Of a stretch of 64,000 nucleotides of DNA, positions 36,683 through 48,042 are shown one piece after another. The stretch is from Lytechinus pictus (lineage: Eukaryota). How positions within the stretch are numbered: the first letter of the stretch is position 1; every line of letters starts with the position of its first letter. Both the position numbers and the translations under genes were made by a program. The stretch covers positions 14,758,001-14,822,000 of the forward strand of contig NC_087251.1 of NCBI RefSeq assembly GCF_037042905.1, written 5' to 3'. The notes below the pieces were generated by a model that did not search any database, had not been told where the DNA came from, and worked only from the letters and a program-made list of their open reading frames with translations.

Positions 36683-36685
36683 CTG

Positions 36686-38882
36686 GCCCACTCCTAGTAC
36701 CAATGAGGTCCAAACATTAACATGTATGGACCTCATAGGCGACAATGCGTTAAAAACAGGTTAGAAAGTCCTGCACCCAAGTATTTTTATGATATTAGTG
36801 ATTATTACTCGAAAAATGCAAGCTTTGTCCTCATTTGTTTAGCATTTATTAAAAAATTACCCATTAACTATACTTTAAATGTTATAAAATAAAGGGAAAC
36901 TTACATTTGAGTCCTTTTTCGATCTTTTCTTGGCAGTCAGTCCGGTCCCGTCGAGTGCGATCAAAGCGGTACGAAGCTGATTTTCAGATCACGTGATACG
37001 AGTAGTCATCACCTGATCGATCGACTATCCTTTTTTAAAGACCGCAACAATTATAAATTTTATTATAAAATATATATAGAATAAATAATTGCATGATATT
37101 ATATATATTTCTACAATTAAAAATATTTTGTGATATGAATTTAATATTTGACGTAAAAATCGCTATTTAACAAAATATTGATTAAAAAATAAAAAATCAA
37201 ACAAAATAAAAACGCCTTGGACACAGTGCAAAAAACCTAACAATTTGGCCGCGTTCTTAACAACTATCGTAAGGGGCGCTCTATTTATAAATAAAGTTGC
37301 ATATGTAGCTGTCTACCGCGACAGGAACAGCCGCAGAATTGAAGCCAGAAGCGTGGGAAATTGCCAGAAAATTCAAGAAAAGAACCGGTGAGTACCGATT
37401 TAACAGTACTAATTTATTAAGTAACATTTATTGAATCATTACAAGATTTATTTTTTAGTAAAACAAAGCTTAGTTCTAAGCTAGGGCGGCCCAAATGCGC
37501 GTGAGTGGAGTCCCAGTTTATTAGCACGGGTAAGTATTGGGCACTCCTAGTACCAATGAGGTCCAACATTACATGTATGGACCTCATAGGCGACATCAGT
37601 AGTATTTTTGGTTAGAAATCTCTGAGAACAGGATATTTAAACATTATATCACAAGTACAAGCTATAATTCCTTTCTCTTATTTAAATTATAATTTTATAG
37701 TGTAAATGCATCGTTAGCAACAACAAAAAATGAAAGAAATGAAGGGGAACTTACATTTTCACGGCTTTTTCCTGATTTTCTGGGCAGCTGCTCTTCTCTT
37801 CTGACTCGCGATCGAAGCTGATATGAAGATCACGTGATTCGCGTTCTCGTCAGCTGATCGGTTGGTTATTCTTTTCGTCAGACGTTAATAATATATATTT
37901 TATAATGCTAGCATTCATCGCTAATTTAGGTGAAAGAGATTGAAGTTAAACAGCGCCAGGTCGGAATCATAATTATTTTGGAAGAGTGTATTTATACACT
38001 CGATCTCATACCTGACGTAGACGGCGCTATTCAACAAATGCACAATCTTCAATATAAAAAATAAAACAGAAAGAACGCCTTGAACACAGGCCAAAATGCC
38101 TAACGATTTCTCTGCGGCATTAACAACTATCGTAAAGGGCGCTCCATTTATCAATAAAGATGGACGCTAAGCTGTCTATGGCGACAAAATTTGCCGCAAA
38201 TATTTATGGTCTGAAAATGCAACAAAAGAACCGGTGAGTACCGATTAAACATTATTAAATTTGTAAATAGATTATACATACCTTGTAGATTTAGTTTTTA
38301 AGTAGACAGCTGGCAGCCGTCTGTTTCAAGGAGTTTTTTAACTTTTTTTTTTTTTTTAATTTCTCCTCGTACACAGACGGCTCGCTAGCGTGCAGCCACC
38401 ATTAGGGGACTTGCAATGCAAAATCCCCCCGTCGGGGCTCTTCAATTTTTGTCTTTAATGAATACAAATTTTGAAAATTAACGCGACCAAAATGCAAATT
38501 AATATTCCCTCTTGGCATTAATTGCAAAAAAATGGAGAAAAATCAAGTTAAAAGGAACAAAAACAGTGACTTACCTCGGCTGTCGCGCAAATTCACTTCC
38601 CAGTTTTATCCGATCTTAAGTACATAAACATATGGCCATTGAGTCCCCTGTACAGATCGCGCTAGAACTTCGGTCTCTGTATTTGGTGAGTGAAGCCAAC
38701 GGAGTTCAGCTGAACAACCAACATAACAGAGACCGAAGCTTTTGGTCTAGTTTTTAAGGTGATATTAGTGCTTAGTTCTAAGCTAGGGAGGCCCAAACGC
38801 GCGTGAGTGGAGTCCCAGTTTATTAGCACGAGTAAGTATTGGGGTGTCGCCTAGACTTTATTGGGGTGTCGCCTAGAGTGCC
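36686..38882. mobile_element. Head-to-tail dimer of an ~850-bp non-autonomous element (Harbinger-like or CMC-like)
   Basis: Units start at ~36689 and ~37542 (cactcctagtaccaatgaggtcca); right end ctagagtgcc; CTG flanks, or alternatively CAC..GTG termini with a CC duplication. Confidence 0.65.
38303..38749 (+). mobile_element. Short TAGAC..GTCTA element with 9-bp TSD, nested
   Basis: gtttttaag at 38294-38302 and 38750-38758; removing it restores collinearity with unit 1 of the dimer. Confidence 0.9.
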
Positions 38883-39956
38883 CTGGCCTGCTGAATACAT
38901 ATTTTACATAACATAAAAAAACAGAGACCGAACGTCCGAAGCTTTTGGTCTATCACAAGCTGTGCTTCTTCGGGGTCCTAGAAAACCGTTCATATTGTAT
39001 CATGTATTCTTTTGTACCATCTGATCAGGCAGATCATTGATTTGTACTCAATATGTCTGGGTTTTTTAATAAATTGAACTTGAACTTGAATTGAATTCGA
39101 ATGGCTAACGTAAAAATTAATGTGTGGGACTGTCTCAAACGGTAGAAAGCCCTAAATTTAGAGTCTAAACATGTTTTATTGGCTATATGAAGATGCAATT
39201 TCAATTAAATAACTCACCATGATTATATGCACATAAACCCGCTATTTGACGAATTTTTAACCTTCACCGAATTGCCTACAATTTTGTTGGAACACGATTC
39301 ACAATCACCGCAACATGTCCATGGCAGGCGCCATCTTTGCCTAGGTTTTATTGACTTAACGTACGGTAGGTATCGTACGTGAGAATTGTAAAGCGGCGCG
39401 CGCGCGACCGCGCCGGTGGTGATCGTGAGGGCATGAGGTACGGCAGGGGGTGGTGGGCTTCGGGGGCTTCCCCAGGTGCTGCCCCTCCCCTCTTATTCAA
39501 CATCATATTCCACCCTCTTTTTTTTTCTTGTTCCATTTACTTTTTTCTTGGTCTTTTTTTCAGGGCACTGTATGTTATATAGCTTACTTCCAGCTATCCC
39601 TCATTTTGCCGGTGTCATAGAATTTTTGGCCCGGGTACCGGCGGTCCAAAACGGCTAGTTGATTAGTACCGCCAGTACAAAACGACTAGTCGATCGGGCC
39701 CCCCGGATCCAAATGACTGGTTGAAATTTTTGCCGAAACGACAGGAGAGCCGCCGTTTGGTTCCGTATTCGTCAGAATGTAGTAAATGTAGTAAATATAT
39801 TCTATAAATATCTGCTTTGGTGAAATGTTTCAATATATATATTGGTGTGATTTTTAATGTAATTTCATCCCAATTATTATATAATTCGGTCTAAAACTAA
39901 AAATGTTGGTACATCTAGATAAGAGGTATTTCAGCCTCGTACGTTATAGGTACCGG

Positions 39957-40121
39957 CACTAGCGTACCTACGGGGGGGGGGCAGGGGGGGCACTGTGCCC
40001 CCCCTGACGAGTCACAACCCATGCAAAAACGTATCTTTGCCCCCCCTGACGGGCTTGAAAAACCTTTTTTGCCCCCTGACGAGCTTTAAGACCTTCAATG
40101 CCCCCCAGACGAGCTTGAAGA

Positions 40122-40160
<39 letters not shown>

Positions 40161-40205
40161 TGTCAATTTTTTTCTTGTACGAAATCCTTTATTTGTGATC
40201 GAAGA

Positions 40206-40243
<38 letters not shown>

Positions 40244-40307
40244 TGTCAAATTTTTTGGCGGACGGTTTTGCCCCCCCCCCCTGTGGAAAATCCTAGGTAC
40301 GCCACTG
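39957..40307. mobile_element. Nested TIR element with 7-bp TSD
   Basis: CACTAGCGTACCTA / TAGGTACGCCACTG, flanked by gtaccgg..gtaccgg. Confidence 0.75.
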
Positions 40308-41004
40308 GTACCGGTACCTTTTTTTGCGCACGTGCAGCGCTTGGTTGGACAGTTGGCACGATACGACGCGGCCCGGTACCGCACTGTACCACGTCTCCTT
40401 TTGGAGTAGGGTGTACCCTAACGACGTTATACCAATATTTTTAACCTTTTTTTATTGTAAAACATGTTTCGTGATTTTGTTTCCCAATGCGAGGATATCT
40501 CGCATTGGTTAAAGCAGGCTGGTACTAAAGCGAAGAGATTCCTATCCTTCCTAACACATCCCTTGTCTGCATATTACGTCAAAATCTATACATCACAAAT
40601 TATATATTTTTTTAATTAAACAGTCAAAATTTTGCTCGCAGCTTAAAATAAAAATTGCGTTGTACGCCATGTCTGGCCCAAACTTTTGCCTCATTGCACC
40701 ACTGGGGTAGATAGTATACCATTTTTTTTAATTGTTCTTCATATTTAAGTGCGCTTTTTGCCTTTTTCCCCTGTGTCCCTCTCCCACTTTAAAATTTGCC
40801 CCGCCGCTCCTGATTATTTTCCTCTGTCTTCATATTTCTATATTTTTGGTAAAATATATAGCGTGAGAAATGACTTGCGGACAGAACGTCGCTGGTGTTT
40901 CATACTTCAATGATCAGTGAAATGACATTACAAATCTTGTAGCTTATTTCTTGTGCCAAGCTTTGATCGAAAGCTTTGTGCAATTAAAGTGATATTAAGA
41001 AGTA

Positions 41005-41257
41005 CATAGGCGACGGAAGCGGGGGGGGGGGGCGAGGGTCCATGTCCTCCTAAATTTGAGGGGTTTTTTTTGTTTTTTTTTTTGTTTGTTTTTTTTGCTT
41101 GTCAATTTCGTTTCTGCGTCCCCCCTAAATTCAGGTGGTCCCCCTAAAATTTTGTTTGTTCACCTTTTTTCTTTTTGCTTGTCATTTTTTTCCCTGTGTC
41201 CAACCATAAATTCCAGGTAGACCCCCCCCCTAATTTTTTTGGCTTCCGCCGCCAATG
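41005..41257. mobile_element. Nested hAT-like MITE
   Basis: CATAGGCGACGGAAGC / GCTTCCGCCGCCAATG; imperfect agaag(c)ta flanks. Confidence 0.65.
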
Positions 41258-43399
41258 AGAAGCTATACAACCAATTTTGAGTCATTCATTCACTTCTAAA
41301 TAAAATATATATATATAGGGCCTACATAATGCCAGCCGGGTGCGGATCCAGGAATTTCCTGGGGGGGCAATTTTGTCCAGAAAAATTTGACAGGCAAAAA
41401 TTTAAAAAAGGGTTAGCACTTGCACATATTCGGTACTTTCGACCTTTTTTTTGGCTCTCAAACTTGGGGAGGCATGAGCCGGGTGTGCCCTCCCCTCTGG
41501 ATCCGCGCCAAAGCACCCCCTCCCTCGAGCTTAAGGTCAGTTTGGTGGCGCGCCCATGCACGCTCTTTTATTATTATTATTATTTTATCTCCCCCTCTTT
41601 TTCCCCTTCATTCCCCCCCCCCCTTATTCCTTCTTTCCTTTTCTCATATACTTTTCCCCATTTTTTGCGATCTCTTCTTCCTACGTTTTTTCTCTCCCTT
41701 TTATTTTCATGTATTTCCTCCTTTTTTGACTACCCAGGTCCCGTGCCCCACCCCCCCCAAAAAAAAAAAATATATATATATATATGCGCATAGTGTGTGT
41801 CTCAATGAGGTGTCACTGAGAGTTCCCTGTGTTTTTGGCAGCCTTATTGTTGGACTTAGTTTTCTTGTATTGATACATTCATTTTGATTTCTACTTGATT
41901 ACTTTGGGGGTTCGAAGAGCATGCAGCAGTGTTTACCCCCCCCCCCCCCATCACCATAGCGCGCCAATCTCATCCTATTTCTTGCTTGGTTATGAAGACC
42001 AAGACAAACCAGCCATATTGGTGGATATAAGTTCACACCCCGAATAGCACTGGCGCACAAAGGGAGCACACAATGTGAATAGGGCTTCATGGCTCCACAA
42101 AGCAGCCGTCCCCGGATGTTTACTATGTAATTGGAAGAGTGCTAAAAATGCATACGACTCCCTAAATAACTTTAGATTCTCAAATCGGCAACTGTATCTG
42201 TTCTGTGGGTGTGTTTGACTTGGAGGAGCCAATTGGTTGAAAAGGACGACTGGAATATCACATTCTTGCTGTAGGGGTGATAATGGTGCATGAACAGCGT
42301 ATCGGAACAAATCGCCTGGTCGGAACAAATCGACTATGACGATCGCATCACACAACAAAATCCGGTACTAATCGACGGGTAAAAGAGCCGTCGATTAGTA
42401 CCTCCGGCCCTGATCGACTGGCCGGTCCAAATCGCCTATGACACCGGCTTGCCTTTGGTTACGGTTTTATTGACACACATATACATGTATAGCGTCACTG
42501 GTATTTTTGTTAAAGGAATAGGCTCCTGGGTGAAAACATTTTATTCAAATTTAGGGTAAAATTCTCCTTGAGCAGAATGCTGAAAATGTTTTAAAAATCT
42601 GATAGCAAATAATTACAAAGTTATTGAAGTTTAGCAATATTTTGAGGGAACATTTAGCCTATATGCAGGATGTAGGCCTACATCATGCATATTCAATAGG
42701 TGCTCGGTCCGATGTTCCCATTTTCCTTTTTCTTAATTATTTAATGAAATCATCATATTTACATTCATGTTTGCATGATAAATGATGTCATAATTGTTAC
42801 AAAATGAGTTAGTGCAGAAAGTCAAAGTGGCACGGCACTATGTAGGGGGGCAAAAGACCATTTGATTGATTGATTGATTGAATGGTTTATTAGTTTATTT
42901 ATTTCAAATATTCACTGAAAATAGCAGCCAAAGGCTGAATTACATTCAGTTTACAGATGGCATATACAGACATATAAAAAATATACATTTTGGGGCATAT
43001 AGGCAGAAGCGCATTTACCTTACATTCTTCAGTTTTTTTTTGGGGGGGGACCAGGGGACAATGCTACTGACAGGGGGTCCTCACCCCCCCCCTTGATACA
43101 TTACCAAATAGCAAAAAAGTTACCTTTGCACCGAAAAACTTATTAGTTCTGTACATAAATAAAATTCTAGGGTATAATTCGTCATCTGTATTCAGTCTGC
43201 AAAGTAATGAGAGGTTTTCACCCCCCCCCCCTTTGAAACAAACGGCACAGGCAAACTCATAGTCCTTATATTGCAATTTATAATGTGTTCCTTTTAGCAG
43301 GGAACTTTTAGCAATTATGGGAACGGTTAGAAATATAAAATAAGGCCAATGATTCGTCAACTGTTATTCACCTGTGGTATATACACTAACATTATATTC

Positions 43400-43628
43400 A
43401 TACCACAATACCACCACCACAACACCATTACAATTATTGTTATCTTTATCACCACCATTATCAATATCACAATTCTTATCATCATCACCAACCTAACCAA
43501 CATCATCATCATCCCAATTATCATCATCTTCATCATTATCATCATAACCATCATCGTCATAATCATCATCACTAACACCATCACCATCCTTATCATCACC
43601 ATTATCATGACCAAAACTGTCACCATCA
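43400..43628. repeat. Degenerate (ATC/CAT)n microsatellite
   Basis: Direct read. Confidence 0.9.
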
Positions 43629-44608
43629 AATACACACATTTATTCAGGCCTACTCTGAAGGAAGCACTTGAGAAGATGGATGTGATAAGGCTTGGGTTTA
43701 TCCCCCCCCCCCCCCTCTCTCTATCCTCCCTGAATACTTCCCAAGACGGAAAAATCAAGATTCAACTTTATGGGGGGGGTTAAGCATGTGAATTACAAAT
43801 TAAGAACTTGATCAGAAGAACGGTATCAAACAAAATATTAATATCTAAATACAATTGTTTGTTGGGGAAACAAACTGAAATCATTCCTTTAAGTCTATCA
43901 CTCACACGGTTTTGTTTCCCTTTATAATCAATTCAGAATCAGGGTCCCTGCACAGTTAACATATAGGGTCACGGTGAACGTTTTGTACAGGCTGGTACAG
44001 CAGGGTCCTGTTTCATGAAACTTGAACCAACTCAGCCAATAAATTGCTATGGCTTCAGTAAAAAAAAAATTGTGAAAGAGGGAACCTATCTTGTAGAGTT
44101 TGTGGGAAAGTTTTTTACCAACAATTGTCTTGACCAGTTTATAACATATATTGAAAATTAAGCACTGATGTCTCAAAAATATAGGACTGTATTCAGAAAT
44201 TAATCTGGCATTAGAAGTCCCTAGAAGCCATGGAATAGTTTGAATAGTATTTATCCAAACATTTTTAATAAATGAGAGAACATATAATGAGAATTGAAGG
44301 AATGAATGCAATAATATGAATATAAACTTAATATTTATTGCTACTATTTCATTTGAAATACTCAAATCTGTAGATATCTTTTCTCTTTATCAATTGATGA
44401 CAGGCATATATGTTCATAATCATGAACAGTTAAATTTTGAAATTATATCACTATTCGTTGTCTACCATTATGAAATCATAAAAGAAACAAAAATACTTGA
44501 AGCTTCTTCACATGTTCAATCATAGAATAAACAGAAAGACTCTGTAGATGAATTAAATAATATTACTATACATTGAAATAAGAAACAAATACTGAGCCAG
44601 TACATCTG

Positions 44609-44951
44609 GGCCCCATCTTACAAAGAATTATGGAAATGGAAATCCATCAATGACATAATTTTTCTTCAAGAATTTGCACAATGTCCTTTGTAAACAAAGA
44701 GAAGCACACTGAATTTTCAAGAAAACTATGAATAGAGAAATCATATCTAGAAAATGTTTTGAACAAATATGAATATTCAATGTTGACGTTGCTGGCTTTC
44801 CACAGTTGTGGTTGATTGAATCAATCACAAGTCTTTGTAAGATGGGGCCCTGGGCCCTGTAACAAAATTGCAACTTTTTGTACACAGTTTGCTATCGACT
44901 TACAACTATTCTTAATTGTAAGTTTGATTGCATCATGTATATGTCAGGGTC
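44609..44951. mobile_element. Two adjacent Harbinger-like MITEs chained by CTG duplications
   Basis: CTG|GGCCCCATCTTACAAAG..CTTTGTAAGATGGGGCC|CTG|GGCCCTGT..CAGGGTC|CTG (44609-44849; 44853-44951). Confidence 0.8.
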
Positions 44952-46821
44952 CTGGACTTGATCAAATCCAGAGGATGTTTTCTCTCCTGAATGCAGAAGG
45001 GGACTGTTAGTGTCGCATCTTCTATGTGATTTTTATCTACAAATTTTATCTCAGCCAATCAGAAGTAAGAATTTCAGTACCTTAAAACAACTGTCAACAA
45101 AAATCAGTGACTCAATTGGTTCATGAAAGACTTCCAGAAGCATATAAGTGTATAAGATTGACTGTGAAATCATTCTTGGATTCAATCATAAAGAGATACA
45201 ATAGTTCTATTTTTATTTTTTCTTAAATATTCATCTAGATAAAAATCAAAACTTAAATCACATAACTAGACATTGCTCTTGAAGTACAAAAAACAGAAAA
45301 GAAATGTAATTTTCAGAAATATAACAATAATCTATAAGGGATACTTACTACTTCCCTTGAATACAGCTTTGCTTACAAGAAATGTCTTACCATACAAGTC
45401 AGGCAAAATACAATCTCTTTGTACTGAACCAATAATACTACCGTAGTAATTACATTCTTTTTCACACAATATGCCTCATCTCCACTCCCTGAGGAGTAAT
45501 CTGGGATTTCAATACATAGTGACACCGCTATAAAAGTAACATTCATTTTCATAAATGAAACCCTTAAATATTACCCTCAAATATTCAGTTTATTTGCAAA
45601 TTGCAAGGAATATTTCTAGCATATGGCACTATATGGATATCAAGGCAGCAGCTCTCAACATAAAGGCATCCACTATCCTATCACATATGAATAGTGAATA
45701 AAAATGGCAGCAATCTGTACCAGCACCATCATGCAATGAGGCAAAATTTTCCCCATTTCTTTGTTTGGGGAATGTACTTGCTTATCATCAAATGATCAAA
45801 CACTGTCTGCCATCTAACCATATGGGCTTCTCCTCCAAAGTATATCCTATCATTCCATTACGTGCAAAAAAAAATCTGCCTATAAAAATAAAATTAAATG
45901 CATTGTTTTTCTCACTTGCTAGTACTGAATCAAAGGTAGTGTCAATAAAGTAACATTGTACCAACTCTGGGTACATTGTACTAATTACTACAATAGGAGA
46001 AAAGGAAAATTCATGCAGTTCAAGATCAATGCAGCACCAGGGTATTTTGATAGCAGAGAACAAACCCCTTCCTTCCTGAATTCTTCCATTACTTCTTTTG
46101 GACCACTTATAAAAAATGACAGGGAATGGCTTTCCCATGGACACTTGCCCATGGTATAAGTCATTATGGTGTCCTCAAAAAGCAAATAAATGAGGGGGGG
46201 GCAAACTAATTACAATACAAGGGAATTGATACCATAGGACAGGAAGGATAAAGAGTGAAAGGAAAGAGAGACATATGAAATAAATAAACAGTAAAACATA
46301 CCCTAGTGGCACTTACTTTCATGGTTGGAAACCATGGCCACTACTGTATGGAATAAGATAAAAGTAATGAACTTTTCAAAGCATTTAATATACACAGAGA
46401 AAAAAAATAATGTCCTTACGCCTCTTAGCTTTCTTGACTCAATCATCCACTGATAAAAATCTAAAGAAAATGAAAAGCCAAAAGGAAATAAATTTCTACA
46501 GACATAAGCATATTGTATTTTAAAAAAAAAATCTTATTTTTGTTGATAAAAGCATCTTAACAGGAACACATACACCAAATTTCAAGGTATTTTGCAAAGT
46601 CCTCTTTAAGTGAAATATCTTTCACAGACTCATTACACATTTCCAAATAAGCCGTCTGCAGAAATATTTTCAAAGAACTGCAAATAAATAAGATAAAAAT
46701 GATCATGATCAGCCTTTCAAGATGGATTCTTTATCACAGATATTCCAGTAACTCAACAATAAAAACTCACTAGAAACAGATACATGTCAAAGTAAAAAAA
46801 ATATTCACAAAAAGACACCTG

Positions 46822-47027
46822 GGGCCCATATCATCAGTGTTATAACTCCAGCCTGATACCATCTCTATAGAAAGCCAAGCTGCACAATACACTGATTGGA
46901 CAAGATGCAGAAGAATGGAATTCGAACATGGAAAGCATATGTCTGTTCACAGATGATTATTGTCCAGCTTGGCTTTCCATAGAGATGGCATCATGCTGGA
47001 GTTATGATGCTTTCTAGAAATGGGGCC
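46822..47027. mobile_element. Palindromic Harbinger-like MITE in the probable 3' region of the ANK-GH20 gene
   Basis: CTG flanks; arms ataactccagc..ccatctctatagaaagccaagctg versus the inverse. Confidence 0.8.
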
Positions 47028-47903
47028 CTGAATATGAACGAAGTACACACGTTGGCTCTTATAATATGCCTAATGGAATGAGAAGAGTGTGTGGTCAAAG
47101 AATTGCAGAAACAGATTACCTCTCTTAACAACATTAGGATCTAATAACACAAGGCTCAACAATTGATTTTACTGCTGATGATATGATTGATTGCATATTA
47201 TAATCTACAATGTAATCAGTCCTAGGATCAATTGCTAAGTTTTGTATTAGAAGACCAAGAATTCATTTGCACTAAAAATCATTATCTGAGGCAAATACAA
47301 AACATTCAAGTCATATAAGATCTGGATAAGATGACCCACCAAGAAATAAAATTCACAATACATTTAATGTAAAAGCAAAATATACATTTCATAATAAATC
47401 AATAATTAAGATTTCTAATTATCATATAAACATATTTGTTCACCATCTATGAATTGGAAATATAAGCATTCAGTAATCAAGCTACTAAATATGGAATAAT
47501 ATAAAATGTAAAATCATAGAAATTTTCATTATCAAAATAAAGAATTGATACAGGTTACAAGGTCATTCCAGGAATCATTCCCCCAAAATAATAAATTTCT
47601 CAATATCATCTTATATATTCATACATATTGTTGCAGATTTGACAAGACCTCCTGTCTGAAATTTTTGAGGAAAATTAATTATTATTTTCTTTTGATTTTC
47701 AATGACTTGAAAAACTATTAAGTGTCCTATTGTCGGTATCCAAACTGTTTACCTTAAAAAAATGAAGCCACTATGCGATACCAAAGCAGAGACAATCAAA
47801 TTGTATACAATTGATTTTTTTTCCCCCACTCTCTTGAATATTTTGAGATATGATATAAATGGCTCCAGCACTGATGGCTATTATAAAGAAAATCCTTTCA
47901 AAA

Positions 47904-48042
47904 CTAATCTTCTGTCCTTTCAGCACCTTCTGGTACTAAATGTTTGAGGACACCTTTGAAGAACATCCCTGAATCCTCAAGACCAGGCTGGAAACATTGA
48001 TCTAACCAAACAGTCCTGTACTCTTCCATCATACTCAATAAC
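47904..48042 (-). CDS. ANK-GH20 terminal coding exon (LLSMMEEYRTVWL...ERTED*)
   Basis: ccag acceptor, in-frame TAG. Confidence 0.85.

Larger units (their letters stand above)
35951..38952 (+). mobile_element. Composite non-autonomous element, TAGAC..GTCTA termini, 9-bp TSD (AcademH-like, inferred)
   Basis: tcacaagct at 35942-35950 and 38953-38961; both ends match the short copy at 38303-38749. Confidence 0.85.
39613..42443. mobile_element. Ginger-like non-autonomous DNA transposon (TGT..ACA, CCGG TSD)
   Basis: CCGG|TGTCATAG ... CTATGACA|CCGG; subterminal gtcgattagtacc/ggtccaaa repeats at both ends. Confidence 0.8.

Noticed and set aside
41329..41887. 154/155-aa overlapping ORFs
   Set aside because: Low-complexity repeat-derived sequence inside the Ginger-like element.
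43349..43783. Ile/Thr-rich and Met-rich ORFs on both strands
   Set aside because: Artefact of the (ATC)n tract.
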